Source: Octopus vulgaris | Taxonomy: Eukaryota | Length of the DNA stretch: 64,000 nucleotides | Assembly: GCA_951406725.2 (NCBI GenBank) | Contig: OX597823.1 | Coordinates: 99,386,001-99,450,000 of the forward strand | Direction of reading: 5' to 3' | Part shown: positions 12,225 through 25,669 of the stretch, one piece after another | How the letters are laid out: each line of letters opens with the position of its first letter | How positions within the stretch are numbered: position 1 is the stretch's first letter | The notes under the pieces: generated by a model | Databases searched by the model: none | What the model was told of the DNA's origin: nothing | Seen by the model: only the letters and a program-made list of their open reading frames with translations | Position numbers and translations under genes: made by a program

Positions 12225-12728
12225 GGCTGGGTGAAGTTTTGATTGTGCCACTGGCTGGGTTAAATTTTGTTTGTGCCACTGGCTGGGTCAAATTTTGATT
12301 GTGCCACTGGCTGGGTTAAATTTTGATTGTGCCACTGGCTGGGTCAAATTTTGATTGTTCCACTGGCTGGGTCAAATTTTGATTGTGCCACTGGCTAGGT
12401 AAAATTTTGATTGTGCCACTGGCTGGGTCAAATTTTGATTGTGCCACTGGCTGGGTTAAATTTTGATTGTTCCACTGGCTAGGTTAAATTTTGATTGTGC
12501 CACTGGCTAGGTTAAATTTTGATTGTGCCACTGGCTGGGTCAAATTTTGATTGTGCCACTGGCTAGGTAAAATTTTGATTGTGCCACTGGCTGGGTCAAA
12601 TTTTGATTGTGCCACTGGCTGGGTTAAATTTTGATTGTTCCACTGGCTGGGTTAAATTTTGATTGTGTCACTGGCTGGGTTAAATTTTGATTGTGTCACT
12701 GGCTGGGTTAAATTTTGATTGTGCCACC
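12225..12728. repeat. 28-bp minisatellite, about 18 copies
   Basis: Unit GATTGTGCCACTGGCTGGGT(T/C)AAATTTT with period 28 (12241, 12269, ...) and a few recurring variants. Confidence 0.95.
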
Positions 12729-13035
12729 ACCTCAGAAAACTCATCCAACCATGAAAGACTGGACATAAAATGATGATGATGATGATTTCTAAAATCCTGT
12801 GTCACTTTCTTTGTTGGTTTGATTGCATTGTAGGAATGTCACAGATTCACACTCAAACATATATCAACATATACATACATTCGCACATATGTGCATGCAC
12901 ATACACACACACTAAATACATAGTGTATGTGTGAAAGTAAGATAAAAACTGCAAGAGTTTGATAGGCAAATAGATAGATAGTGTGAGAAAGAGTACAAAT
13001 GTATATGCATGTATATTTTGTGTTTCTATATATAT

Positions 13036-13607
13036 ACCCCCTCCCCCACATACCCCACCTCTACCCCCACCCTATGCCTTCCCACAAATCCCAACTCTAC
13101 CCCAACCCTCAGCCGAACCCACATCCCACCCGTGCTTTCCCCACTCTCCCCTCCCCCACCTCCCAACAACATCACACTACACCACACTACACCATACAAC
13201 ATTACACATCACATCACAACACACCACCCACACACCCATCCCCACATCTTCACACCTACACATACATACACGCACACGTCCAGACCACCTGCCTTCTTTC
13301 ACACGCACATACATACTCCCTTGTACACACGCGCACCTTTGTGTTGGTGGGGTGGTCATCTTTACCTTGTTATCTCCCCTATTTTCCTTCCTGTGTTTGA
13401 CCCTTCTGTCCGGCACTAGTCGCCATGATAGATCATTAGCCACTACACACATTTTTTTCTCTCCTTGTTTTTTCTGTGTATCTTTCTGTAGAAGAGCGTA
13501 GGCTTGAAATGTAAAAGACTTTTTCTATTCCTGAGCATTATACTAATACATCTGTTTGTTTTGTACACCACCTGTCTTTGTCTTTTGTTTTTTTGTAAAC
13601 TCTCCCT
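13036..13607 (+). mobile_element. Penelope-like (PLE) terminal segment between TA tracts
   Basis: C/A-rich stretch, then a hammerhead-like motif at 13481-13518 and a 3' segment shared with 6212-6320 and 58900-59068. Confidence 0.55.
13481..13518 (+). ncRNA. Degenerate minimal hammerhead-ribozyme-like motif
   Basis: Stem I TCTTT/AAAGA; core CTGTAGA (canonical CUGANGA); stem II GAGC-gtag-GCTT; GAAA; a two-base stem III (TG, probably decayed CG); GTA cleavage triplet. Confidence 0.45.
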
Positions 13608-14539
13608 ATATATATATATACATACATATGTTTGTGTGTGTGTGTGTGTATGTGACATTTTTACAGTGTAAGAGAACCAACAGAGAAAGCAAGTTCACCT
13701 TATTGCCTGACCTTCCACCCACACACTAAAAGCTGTTTTCTCCATGTGCTTTCTGCTCCTTAATTGTTTTTATTTCTGCCATCACCTTGGGTCCCTATAT
13801 AAAACCAATATCATTGTCTCTATCTTAGTCTTTCATACATATTTGCATAATTTATTCCATATTTAAATAAATAACATCGTTTGTGACAGGTATATTGCTG
13901 CATAAATAATTAGTATACTAAGAATGTTTTGTACATCAAAGGCTGTTTTGTCCGTCATATATAATTAATATATAATTAATAAGCATGATTTTTGGAAGTT
14001 TAATTCAACATGAATAAAAAAAATATAATAATGATAATAATAATAATGAAATTATTGTATACAGTGCTCAGGTACAGCACAATGCTTTTGTATTATGACC
14101 AACATTTTAGAAAAGAAAATTATTTCATGACAATTTACTGCCATTTGTAACAATTATGTTTCTAAAATCACATGTACTCATATGGATGTTGAAAATGACT
14201 TATTGGTAAAAATTCCTTTTTAGCATGAATTTTTTGAATCCTGATTTTGCTCAGGAATGCCAACACATCACTTGTGAAATTGTAAATTTGACTTCATCCC
14301 AAACCAGCCTCCGTTATTTCGGTCTCTTTCCTTTTCAACATTAAAGCTTTCACAATTTGTGATTTATTTGATTTAGTCGATGATGACTCTTTTGCTGAAC
14401 GAGTGTGAACCGAATTATCAAAATATTATAATTGAAGAATTTTCCAATTTATTGATTTGTCAACATCTGAGTGGTTTTTATTTTATGAGATTTCTCTTCT
14501 AATATTGAATATCTATAGAAACAAATTATGAAAAAGTCT

Positions 14540-14930
14540 TTCCCCCCCCCTTCACTACCTTCTCCTCTTCCTCCTCTCTCTTTCTCTCTCTCCAATCAAG
14601 GTAGCCATGTACCTCCTCCCCTACTGCAAGGCACCTATTTCTATTCCTCTATTCATTCTATAACTTCCCATCACCTGACACATAATAGCCCCCCCCACCT
14701 TCTCAGTTGAGGAATCTTGTCTTGGAAGTCACTTGGTAACCTTACTGCTGCTGGTGCCATGTAAAAGGCACCCAGTCCACACCCGGTAAAGTGGTTGGTA
14801 TCAGCAAGGACATCCGGCTGTAGAAACCATGCTAAAACAGACAGTAGAGCTTGATGCAGTCTTCCGGCTTCCCAGCCCCTGTCAAACCATCCAACCCAGC
14901 ATAGAAGGAGGACACTAAATGATGATAATA
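14540..14930 (+). mobile_element. RTE-family 3' UTR fragment
   Basis: Pyrimidine-rich stretch, then GGTGCCATGTAAAAGGCAC, GGACATCCGGCTGTAGAAACC, CCAACCCAGCAT and a GAT tail. Resembles 61500-61930. Confidence 0.7.
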
Positions 14931-15499
14931 TTTCCATTGGTAAATATTCATAGCAGCAGTAGTAGTAGTAGTAGTAGTAAACCGACAGTCAACAAACATC
15001 TGTTGCAATGTTAAGTGCTCAGTATCTAACATCTTCAAAACAGCCCCTAGTCTTAGGCAAGTCTTTGGCGCCGTTGTGCTTTTCTACCAAGTTTTGCTAA
15101 ATTCTGTTGAAACTTCCTTTGGTGCACGCCATATTTTTCAACTACTGAACGTAGAAGCGCACAATATGTTCCTCATCATAATACATGCTTTTTCATACTG
15201 TCATGGGTTGGAAGAGCCTGAACTGTAGTAATCTACCATTCTTCTTGCTTGTGTCTGAAACTAAAAGACTGTTTATGCATGATGGGCTTTTGTCATTAGA
15301 ACTGATTGGAGATCTCTAACTACAATTTAAAATCATGAGGAATTTGTTAAATACCACAATATTTGGGAGTTTCTGTTTACTTAATTTCTCCAATCAGTTT
15401 CTGATTTTTTTTAATACATACTCCTTTTCTATTATTACTAACCTGTGTGGTTCAAGATTTTCCTAATTATGTATGAATATTGTATCTATTTTTTCTAAT

Positions 15500-16085
15500 A
15501 AGTCATTGTCATCATTGCTATCATCATTTAACAACCATGTTCCATGCTGGCAGGGGTCGGGCAACCTGACTGGATTTGATGAGTCCAAGAATTGTATCAT
15601 GCTACACTGTCTTCTATTTTGGTTTCTATGGTTGGATATCATTTCTAATGTGACTAACGCCATTCACCTTCCAGCATGTATCAGGTGTTTCTTTGTGCCA
15701 CTTGCATTAATTTGCTATTCAATTTGCAAGGCTACAAACCCTGAGAGAGGCAGCTTTATGCTAAGGGATGAGAGAAGACTCTAGGTTCAAGGTCTTGAGA
15801 TCAGCTTCACCATTTTATCGGCTGGGTTTCCCTCAACCATAAACTCCATTCATATTAAGTGATTGACATTTCATTATACAATGTTGTTTTTCATGTGCCA
15901 CTGGTACAAGTGCCAGTAAGGCGACGCTGGTAATGATCATGTTCGAATGGTGCTTTTTACATGCCACTGGCAATAATCACACTCAGATGCTGCTCTTAAC
16001 ATTCCACTAGCACGGATGCCAATCAGGCGGTGCTGTCACTGGCCACATCAGCGAATTTGATTTTGATTTCCCTTGCCACAACGGG
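15500..16085 (-). mobile_element. Degenerate RTE 3'-tail fragments
   Basis: CAT tail plus CCATGCTGGCAGGG at about 15510-15555, and hairpin-module remnants at 15880-16085. Confidence 0.6.
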
Positions 16086-16969
16086 TCATGAATGTCTATG
16101 ATGAATTTCATTCTACTTGTATAGAGACAATTCTATCATAACAGTCATATTTATCCTTAGTTTAATTGAAGCTTGTTGATCTGATTAGATTGTTATGCTT
16201 TATACTAAAACAAACTTGATATTTATTAGAAATATTTTATGAGGCAGCTTGGTCCACCCTAATCCTAATCCAAATGATAGATAATCCCTGTTCAGTACTT
16301 GATTTTGAATTATTAATCTTACACAATCAACTTTAGATATTACTTTTTTTTTCCTGCTTTGCCCCTTTTCTGTGTCTCCCTCAGACTCCCTATTAACCGA
16401 TATTCTTTCCTTTCTACAGGTACTCTTTCTAAATGTGTCGTTTACTCAATGCTGTTCTTACTCAAGCTAGCAGCAGTTATTACAGGCATCAATAACAATT
16501 TTTCATTTTGTGCAAAATATTAGGCTTTTTCATTTGTTTCCCATTGTTAATACTATTTCTTTTTCTTTATTGATTTTTTCTTAGGCAATCTAAGATTATA
16601 TACTTTAAACCAAATAAAAGCATGTCATATCAACTATTGGATTAAGATTAGTGTATTTATTGATAGTCTTTCTTGTAATCTTGTCTATCATACACATTTC
16701 AATTTTGGCTGAATTAATAATTCTTACCCTTTATCACACACTCGCAACTTCATATTTTGGTACATAACATAAGGCTCTAACCCCCATCCCCACCTCCATG
16801 TGGTGGTAGGGAGGGTATGCTTTATACTCTAGGTATAAAAAGCAAATTTTAAATTCTTTGGTACATTTTTGGTGTACAGCATGTTGTTAGCATCGGTGAT
16901 GGAGGGCAGCAATGGCAACCTCTTTGGTAACAATTATTTTCTACTGAAATATTATTATAATAAAATGAT

Positions 16970-17120
16970 AGTTTCAAATTTTGGTACAGGGCCAGCAGTT
17001 TTTTAAGGGATGGGGAAGTACTTAACAGGCCCTTATTTTGTCAATCGCAAAAGGATGAAAGGCAAAGTTGACCTTTGTGGAATTTGAACTCAGAACATAA
17101 AGATGGATGATTCTGCTAAT
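16970..17120 (-). mobile_element. SINE family B fragment (Nin/Deu-like core)
   Basis: AAGGATGAAAGGCAAAGTTGACC...GGAATTTGAACTCAGAAC is antisense to 41422-41632. Confidence 0.7.
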
Positions 17121-17895
17121 AAAATAATAAAGTTATTTTACCTTATGTAATATGTAGTATGATTGCATGGCCATTATAAATGTATATTCATCAACAAAGA
17201 AAGCTATGACCATCATCAGATCACCGTTTATAAAAGCTGAGCAAATATAAATGAGACAGCTGTGAGTTATGAGTGCATTCCATTCACAGTGTTTTACCAG
17301 AATGCTCTGCCATTTGAGTAAGTTCAGGAAACACAGGTATTTAAGGTATTAATTGTATAGACTGGTAATGGTTACTTAGCATACTAGCCTGTTGTTGGCA
17401 ACAAATGGTAATCTAACATGCTAATCATTACATGGTAGGTGAGTCAATCAGTGGCTTCGTAGCCAGCCTTCTTGTTTAATGATGGCTTAAATAGGTAGAT
17501 GCAGGCTCTCACTTTATTAGGAGCATTCTTCAAGAGGTTAAAAAAGAAAGGTATTATTAAAACCTAGCTATCATATGACTCTGTTATGGCCCCATAAGCT
17601 TACTTTGGTCAGTCTCACTGTGCAGTATCTTTAGACACCTTTTGGTACTGCATAGTGGGACTGAAGCTGAATCCATGTGGTTACAAAGCAAATTTCTTAA
17701 CCAACGGCCAAGCCTGCATCTTAACCCTTCTAAGACAACCAGGCCAATCTGTCGTCCTATAATTTTTATGCTAGAAAAAAGGCAGCTGATCTCTTCAAGA
17801 ATATATAGCCAGGGGAGAAACAGAAACGAGGAAGTTTGCCAATATTCTGCATCATGAAGACCAGAGGCTTGGAGTGTTTCCGATTGCAAGACAAT

Positions 17896-19320
17896 GTGAG
17901 AGCTGTACAAGCCATTTATAGGGATGCTGTTAGTCAGGTGAGAATCACCAATGAGTATAACAAGGAGTTTAGTGTACAAGTAGGAGTCCATCAGGTTTTC
18001 GTTCTTAGCCCCCTCTTTTTTATCATGGTCCTCCAAGCTATAACTGAGGAATTTAAGACTGGCTGCCCTTGGGAGCTCCTCTATGCTGATGACCTTGTTC
18101 TTATTGCTGAATTACTGCCAGAACTAGAGAAGAAGTTGCAGGTATGGAAGCAAGGTCTGGAATCAAAGGGCTTTAAGAGTTAATTTAGCAAAGATCAAAG
18201 TATTGATAAGTAGCAAAACAGACAAATTGCAGATCCATCCAGTGAGATGGCCCTGCTCGATATATAGTAAAGGTGTCAGAAGAAACTCCTTAAGGTGTAC
18301 CTAGTACAAGTTATAGACACATAAGAGGTGTAGCAGCATTACAGGATAACCAATGGAAAAAGTAGTCTTTACAGGTGGCAAATGTGCTGGTACATTAAGC
18401 AGCAAGAATGTACAAAAAATAGACTCCCTCATATGTCAGGAGGGTTCCTTAGAAGTAGTAGACAGTTTCTGTTACTTTGGTGACTAAGTTAGTAGGGGTG
18501 GGGGTGGTTGTTCTGAAAGAATAGCTGCTAGAATAAGAATTGGCTGGGTGAAGTTCAGAGAGCTACTACCTCTGTTAGTAATGAAGGGCTTCTCCCTCAG
18601 AGTGAAAGGCAGATTGTATGATGTCTCTGTATGAACAACTATGCTACATGGCAGTGAGACATGGGCTGTGACTACTGAGAATATGCAAAGACTTGAAAGA
18701 AATGAAGCCAGTATGCTTTGATGGATGGGTAATGTCAGTGTGCATATATGACAGGGTGTAAATGATTTAAGAGGAAAATTGAGTATACTTAGCATCAGAT
18801 GTAGTGTGCAAGAAAGAAGACTGTGCTGGTTTAGTCATGTAATGTACATGAATGAAGACAGTTGCATCAAGAGATGCCAATCTCTAATTGGAGAGAAAAC
18901 ACATGGAAGGAGTAGACCCAGGAAGACGTGGGACAAAGTGGTGAGAAAGGATCTACAAATGTTGTGACTCACAGAGGTGATGACAAGGGGCCAAGACTCC
19001 TGGCAGTTTGCTGTGCTTGAAAAGAGATGTCAAGCTAAGTAAAAGCATAGCTGCCCTTACATACAGGCTCATCCCCTGCAACCCTCTCTAATCTTGCAGG
19101 CTTGTAAGTGTTGGTGCCATGTAAAAAGCACCCATGCATGTGCTGCATAAAAGCATCCAGTCCACACCCTGTAATGTGGGTGGTATTAGGAAGGACATCC
19201 AGCTGTAGAAACCATTTCAAAACAGACATAGAGCCTGAACAGCCCTTCACCTGGTCAGCTCCTGTCAAATCGTCCAACCCATGTCAGCATGGAAAACAGA
19301 CATTGAATTATAGTGATGAT
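17896..19320 (+). mobile_element. 5'-truncated RTE LINE copy, degenerate
   Basis: VRAVQAIYRDA...HQVFVLSPL...YADD...WPCS finger remnant...GRSRPRKTWD, followed by the 3' UTR and tail. Confidence 0.9.
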
Positions 19321-20314
19321 ATTATATCAAAAATCATATGTAAACGAAAAAAAAAACAAATAAAAAGTAAAGGAACAACAAATGGTGTTTTAGTCTGACA
19401 CCCAAGAAAAATGGAAGAGTCTTTGATGTTTTGAGCCAATAATATTCTACAGAAAGGAACGAAGAGAAAAAACAGATGGAGAAAGGAAAAAAAAAACATA
19501 TCTGGATTAATGGTTGCACATATATAACCCATGCCAGCATGGAAAACGGATGTTAAAAGTTGATGGTGATGATGATGGTATATACATATATATATTTGTA
19601 TGAAATTTAAGTTGTTTATACAGAATTTTGTAAGAATGATTCTGTTTTCAATGTAGAAGCATCAGTGTTTAGACAATATTATTTTAGAAATTAATCCATC
19701 GGAGTCTAAAAGATTCCAAGCTCCCAACAGTTTTTACTCAGAACAATTCTGGAAGCTCTCTTTCTCAACAGTGTTTTGGTTTCCAATAAAAGTTTTTATA
19801 TATTTCTATAGTTTCTCACAATTCATTTTTATCTTATAATCACTCTACATCATCATTATTACATCATAAAATCATTAACAAAACAAATAGCAATACATTA
19901 TCATATTATTATGCCTATAGATTACACATTGAACAAACACATCTAATAAAAGAAGAAGAGATGCATTCAGTGATACAGTGAACATTATGCACGAACACAC
20001 AGTCTTGGGCTAAAAAAAACCTATTTAGTAATAAAGGAGAAAACTGAAGCTGCTTGCTGAGAAGCAAAAAAAGAGCTGTTCATTTTTCATTGAAGCTAAT
20101 CACGGAATTAAATGGAAATATTAAAAATAATAAAAGAAAATTTTAATGAAAGAAGGAAAATGCTTTGTCTATTTGTCGATGATGAAAAAATATAATCTTG
20201 TTAAGAATACATTCATTTATTTATTATCAACTAAATTTAATCATATTCAAATCCTAATTTTAATGTATATATGAGTAGAACATTTTGTGATTTAGTAACA
20301 AGAAAATAAATAGC

Positions 20315-20347
20315 ATAATAATGATGATGATGATGATGATGATAATA

Positions 20348-20384
<37 letters not shown>

Positions 20385-20420
20385 TAATAATAATAATGAT
20401 AATAATAATGATAATAATAA
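20315..20420. repeat. (AAT)n/(GAT)n compound microsatellite
   Basis: Direct inspection. It explains the poly-Ile ORF 20260-20451. Confidence 0.95.
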
Positions 20421-20919
20421 AGCTATCAAAAGCAAAACAAAATAAAAACAAAGCTAATTAGAGGAGAAAAAACAGCAATTAAAAAAAATCTTTAATTATT
20501 GATATAACAAGAAATGTGTGTAAGTGTGCATTTATATGTGCCTAAACAGACATTTTAATGTAGGAATGTGTGCTTGTATCTGCATGTGTTTTGGTTATGT
20601 GTAGCAATAAATGGTTGTCATGCTAATTCTCTTGCTTGTGAGTTGAATAAAAAGTCACGAGGCTTGGCAGGTGCAGTTTGGCTTAATATGTTCAAAATCA
20701 GTTGTAATTGCTAATTTTACAGATAAAAATAAAACTAATGTTTAATTTTGAGACGAATATTGTGAATTAGTTATTATTTAAGAGAAAGTCTTTTCACTTT
20801 TCTTCTTTTTCTTCAAGTGAAGACTTATTTTTATCCGTTTATTTCTTCTTTAATTTAATAAACATGCTTTGTTTTGGTAAGGATTTATTTGAAACCTCAG
20901 AAAATGCATGAAAATTGTA

Positions 20920-20950
<31 letters not shown>

Positions 20951-21169
20951 ATTTGGTGAATTCAAGTGATAGCTAGTAGTTCTATTTTTAGTTTTTAGTT
21001 ATAAAAGTGAATTATCTTCTCAATGCCTAAGGTATTGCTGGCATACAACTGTAAAGTTATGCAATTCAATGTGAAATAAGAAATGAAACAAAAACATTCC
21101 ATTAATAACTGATACGTGGTGGTTTGAAGAAAGTAAATGAAATTATTTGAGCAAATATTTATATTAGTT

Positions 21170-21520
21170 GCTGAAAGTTTACCTTGATGATTGTCTATCA
21201 GATGGATGTGTGATGTTAGTGTGCATGAATGATGAGGCACAAATGAGGGAAAACTAGGTGTAAGAGCAATAAGTTGTATTGTACAAGAGTGATGACTATG
21301 TTGGTGTGGATATGTGATGTGAATGATAGTTGCTATCAGTGATGTGCGTTACATATCCATGTCAACACAGGTGACAGGTGAGTAAAGAAGTGCCAGGGAA
21401 TTCACGTGGAAGGAACCACCGAGAGAGGAAGACATGAGCAGAAATGGTAAAAGATGATCTCAGGAAGGTAAATCTCACAAAAGAGATGACAAAGGAATGC
21501 AGCAAGTAGTAGGTTGATGT
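21170..21520 (+). mobile_element. Very old RTE C-terminal fragment
   Basis: AGATGGATGTGTGATGTTAGTGTGC (RWMCxVSV)...AAGAAGTGCC...GAGATGACAAAGG aligns loosely with 33670-33950. Confidence 0.65.
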
Positions 21521-22771
21521 GTTTGAAAAGGGACCCATCCAATTCTAATGGGAAAATAATGATGATGTTGTCAAGTTGGCTGTTTGCCAACAGAACTGAA
21601 AAAAGGCCTTCATATAATCATTGCATTGCTGATTTTAGAAAAAAATACTATCATCATATTTGTTAATATTTGATTTAACATTGGCCACTCTGCAATATTG
21701 GTGTCATCTAATCTAAGAGACATCCAGCCCTTGACAGCATGGAAAACATGTTGCTGCTGCTGCTGCTGATGATGATGATGAGAAGGAGGATATTACAAAA
21801 CAAACGGTTTAAACTGAATATTAATAGCATAATTTTCTCTGGTTTTGGAGAGTCTACAAAAATTTAATGGGTACTGCCTCTTTCTGCACGCCCAGGAAGT
21901 AAAGGACAAAAAACGAAAAAAGAAAAAAAACTTTGTGTCCCCATTTTGCTCATGAAACTATTTCATAAAAATCTGGTTTAAGTTTGGTAATTGGCATTAA
22001 ATATCATCTTAATTGATATTGTTAAGACAGATTCTAATACAATGATATGGCTCCAACAGGTAGTATATGAACCTCCTTTTCAAGAAGACAGCAAAATATG
22101 AATACGAATGAGCCAAACATCTCATCATAATGTGTTAAGCTCTTCATTTAGCATCTGTTGTTGGTAATTATCTGTTGTTTTGTTTTTTTTTTGTTTCCAG
22201 TTGGAGAAAGTATTTTTTTAATTGTAAACAATAGCTCCACACTGTATATTTAGTAGACTGTGTTAAATGATTTATTTTTGTAATTAAAAAAATTTTGGTG
22301 TGGAACTAATGGCTTAAGTAAAATTCAAAATCACTTTTAAATATGGTCAAAAATTTTTCTAGGAAGTTATAATTCACTTATAATTCATACATGCAAGTGT
22401 GTATGTATGCATATATCTGTTAGTGCATATAACGATTTTATTAAACCAGGCTATTTAAAGAACACTCTCCACATATAAAACAAATATATTATTTATTACT
22501 TTAATCAATTCAAGGCCTTTAAAATTTTGTTTTAAAACTTAATAAGAAGATTGCTTTTGTAATTTATATTCTTCTCTTGAATAACATTTCAGATAAAGTT
22601 AAAAAAATATAAAATTTAATATATTTTGAGACAATGAGTTTGTTTTTATTATACTATAAGTCTTTTTAACTGTTATTGGTACCTATTGACATTGTACGTG
22701 ACTTAGTAACATATTCAAAGTGTCATGTTACTAAGTCAAGTATATGGTGATTTTGTTGGCTGTTTTATTTA

Positions 22772-23720
22772 TATCAGGTTGAATAAAAAGTAAGTAATGT
22801 TTTGAACCATGAAGAATTTGTAATGGATTTTTGCAGAGTTTTGAATTTTTTTAAACAGTTTTTTGCAATTGTCTGATAATACAAACATAGACTTGCTCAA
22901 ATGCATCAATAAATTAACATTGATGCTTTTTTCACTGTTGTTACAATCATCTGAAATGGAACTGTCAAAGCATGGCATTTGAGCAATTTTGTTATTCAAC
23001 TTCAAAAAATGATGTAAAACAGCTGAAACTGCTTGTGATATCAACAAAACATTTGGTGAGGAAATGATCAGTGAGTGATCAGCTCAAAAATGGTTTAAAT
23101 GATTTTTCAGTGGAGACCTGAGCCTTGAAGATCGTGAGCATAGTGGACGCCCATCTGTCATCAATGGCAGTCAATTAAAGACTGCCATTAAGAAAGATTC
23201 ATTTAAAACCAGCTGAGAACTGGCAAAATAACTTCAAGTTAACCAGAAGACTGCTTGAAACCATTTGCATGCAATCGGAAAATCAAACAAGCTTGACAAA
23301 TGGGTACACACAATTTGAATGAAAATCAGAAAATGCGCAGATATGAAATTTGCTCTGTAACCAGACCAATCCACTTCTTGTGATGAAAAGTGGATTCTGT
23401 ACAATAATAAAAAATGTTTTTTGCAATGGTTGAACCAACATGAAGCACCGAAAACCTCCCTAAACCTGATCTCTTCAAAAAGAAGGTTATGATGACTGTT
23501 TGGTGGTGCGCTGCTGGACTCATCCACTATAAACTTCTTTAAACTCAGAAAAACCATTAATGCAGAAACATATTGCTACGAGATTGTCAAAACGAATGAA
23601 AAACTGCAACTCCTCTGTCCCAGACTAGTCAGCAGAAGAGGACCAACCATTCTTCATGACAATTCTTGACCACATGTTTCACTAATGATGCTCCAGAAGT
23701 AGAAGGAACCTGGCTACGAA
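22772..23720 (+). mobile_element. mariner transposon remnant (left TIR + transposase pseudogene, 3'-truncated)
   Basis: From ATG 22956 the frame reads MELSKHGI*AILLFNFKK*CKTAETACDINKTFGE...KWFK*FFSGDLSLEDREHSGRPS; later come a WV motif, TCDEKWILYNN and HDN. The left end TATCAGGTTGAATAAAAAG is TIR-like. Confidence 0.9.
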
Positions 23721-24574
23721 TAATGAGAGAACGAGCTTCAGTAATTAGGTGACATCATTGTACAGCAGTTCAAGTGAAAGGAAACAGCTTTTACAAAAAC
23801 AATCACTTTATTTACGTGTGAACATTCTGAACGTCTACAATAAGAAAATGACACAATATGCAAACGGCTTTAGACGTACATTAAAAGGAAAAAGTAGCAT
23901 GGCTCTTGATTATAAAATATCAAGCTATGATACAGTTTTCAGCAGAACCTAAATAACATTACAACTGAGTTTTTATTCTATTCTTTTTAACTGTCATTGG
24001 TGCCTATTGTTATTGATATTTCATTTGTTTTCTATTGTTTGCCTTTTTTAATACCAACAAAATTACCAGTAATAGTTTTTTTCCTTCTTCCATGAGGTAA
24101 TTCTGGAAAAGTTGATTCTCTGCTCAATGAATTCTTTCCGGTTTTGTTTTGTTTCAAATGATCATTGAAATTTACTGTCTACTAATAAATATGTGCCATC
24201 AAAACTGATTGCATTTTAAAAGAAATAAGCTGGAACTGGTATTTAATAGATGTATTGACATAACACACATTCCATGTATTTAATATAGACTTGTATAGTA
24301 AGATTATTTAATTTTTATTGAAAATATTTTTGGGGAAAGTTTTTATATAAATTCTTTTAATGCTTTATTGAGGTTAAAACAATAAAAACTTCTTTAGTTG
24401 TTGAATATTCCCCTATATTATTTATTTCATTGAATCTGTTGAACTTGTACTACAAAAAACGATATTGACTCACATATATTATTAAAAGTCAGTCAAATGT
24501 CGTGAATTCAGTTAACAAATGTGGAACAAGTTTGCAGCATTTACTGTTTATTTCTGTTTGTGTGCAAATGATAT

Positions 24575-25669
24575 TATAAAAATAGGATCACATGTGGTCG
24601 TATCGTATAGGAGACACGGCGCACGTGGTCATATTCTTAATGAAGTATTACAGACCATATAATACATACAGCGGCAATGTAACACAAGTGGAATGACAAC
24701 AAGATTTCTTTTTGTGATATATACATTATTTATTTTACATATTTTACAATCCTGTTGGTTGGAAGTTTGTAAGTGTTAGCATGTTTTTGTGTCTGTGTGT
24801 TCGTGAGGTATAAAAGGTACTGACCAGAGAAATAACAATGGAATTTGGTTCACAGTTCATGTTGTTGGTATCAGCCTAGCAACAGGTAGTAGCAGATGGC
24901 TTAAGGTAGTTCTTAGAAGAACTAGAACTCAAGACAGATAATTGATTTACCGTTTATGAGGTACATGGAGGGTAAGAGTTCCATATCAAGATGTTGCGTC
25001 TCGTAGTTGAGATTAATTGAGTCACTTGTTGTGTTTATCTTTCTCTTGATATGAATATACTTCCAGATATATTAACTGTAGCCGTTTTTCCCGTGGTGAG
25101 ATTTTCACCTAACCGCTAGAGTTGAATCTGTGGTTGTCTTGTGTACAAATTAAATCTTCGATGTTTGGCAATGAGTTGTGTCTGTCGCTTGGTTTTTGCT
25201 GCGTCTTCATCATATATTCTGCTTGGTTATTTTTCTCTTGATATAATGGTGGTCGCCTGCCTTTCAAACTGGAACATGGTCGAGTATGCTCTGTGTGGTC
25301 AGAGGTCCATTCTGAGAAGAACTAGAAACAAAGACGAACTCTATGGTCAGAGGTTCGCCCTGAGAAGGACTTGAACCAAAGACGGATATTTGTCTGAGAA
25401 CCCTTCTTTATATAAGGTTTATGTGGCTCAAAATGAACTTCAGAAATGGAAAGCTGTGATTGGCTGCTTGGAACAATCGCGCGAAAATAAGCGAAGGCAA
25501 ATTGTGTCACGTGACAACCAGCGGTGCGAACGTAGTAGAAACCACGTGTCAGAATTAGTGTTTACAACAATGTTAAACTAGCCGAAGATGTTTGTAATCT
25601 CGAACGAGATTATTCTTAATACTCTTCTCAAACAGTGAAGATAGGAATGAGTGTAACGATATTGCTACA
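24575..25669 (-). mobile_element. Probable solo LTR (Gypsy-like), about 1.1 kb
   Basis: The minus strand starts TGTAGCAATA and ends TATTTTTATA (possibly decayed TACA). ATAT flanks both sides (24571-24574, 25670-25673). The block is CpG-rich relative to its flanks and carries CCAAT, TATA and AATAAA in U3-R order on the minus strand. Confidence 0.5.
25405..25550 (-). promoter_or_regulatory. Pol II promoter-like cluster
   Basis: On the minus strand, TATATAAAG (about 25407-25415) lies ~45 nt downstream of CCAAT (about 25458-25462). An E2F-like TTTTCGCGCG, a GTCACGTGAC E-box and a second CACGTG lie upstream. Confidence 0.5.

Noticed and set aside
12225-12728. CRISPR array
   Set aside because: The 28-bp units are head-to-tail with no unique spacers, there are no cas genes, and the context is eukaryotic.
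12983-13501. Pro/His/Thr-rich ORFs in all three frames (also 61157-61549)
   Set aside because: C/A-rich low-complexity repeat DNA lacks stop codons; there is no domain signal.
20260-20451. Poly-Ile ORF and the many CV/HT/YI-repeat ORFs
   Set aside because: They are translations of microsatellites.
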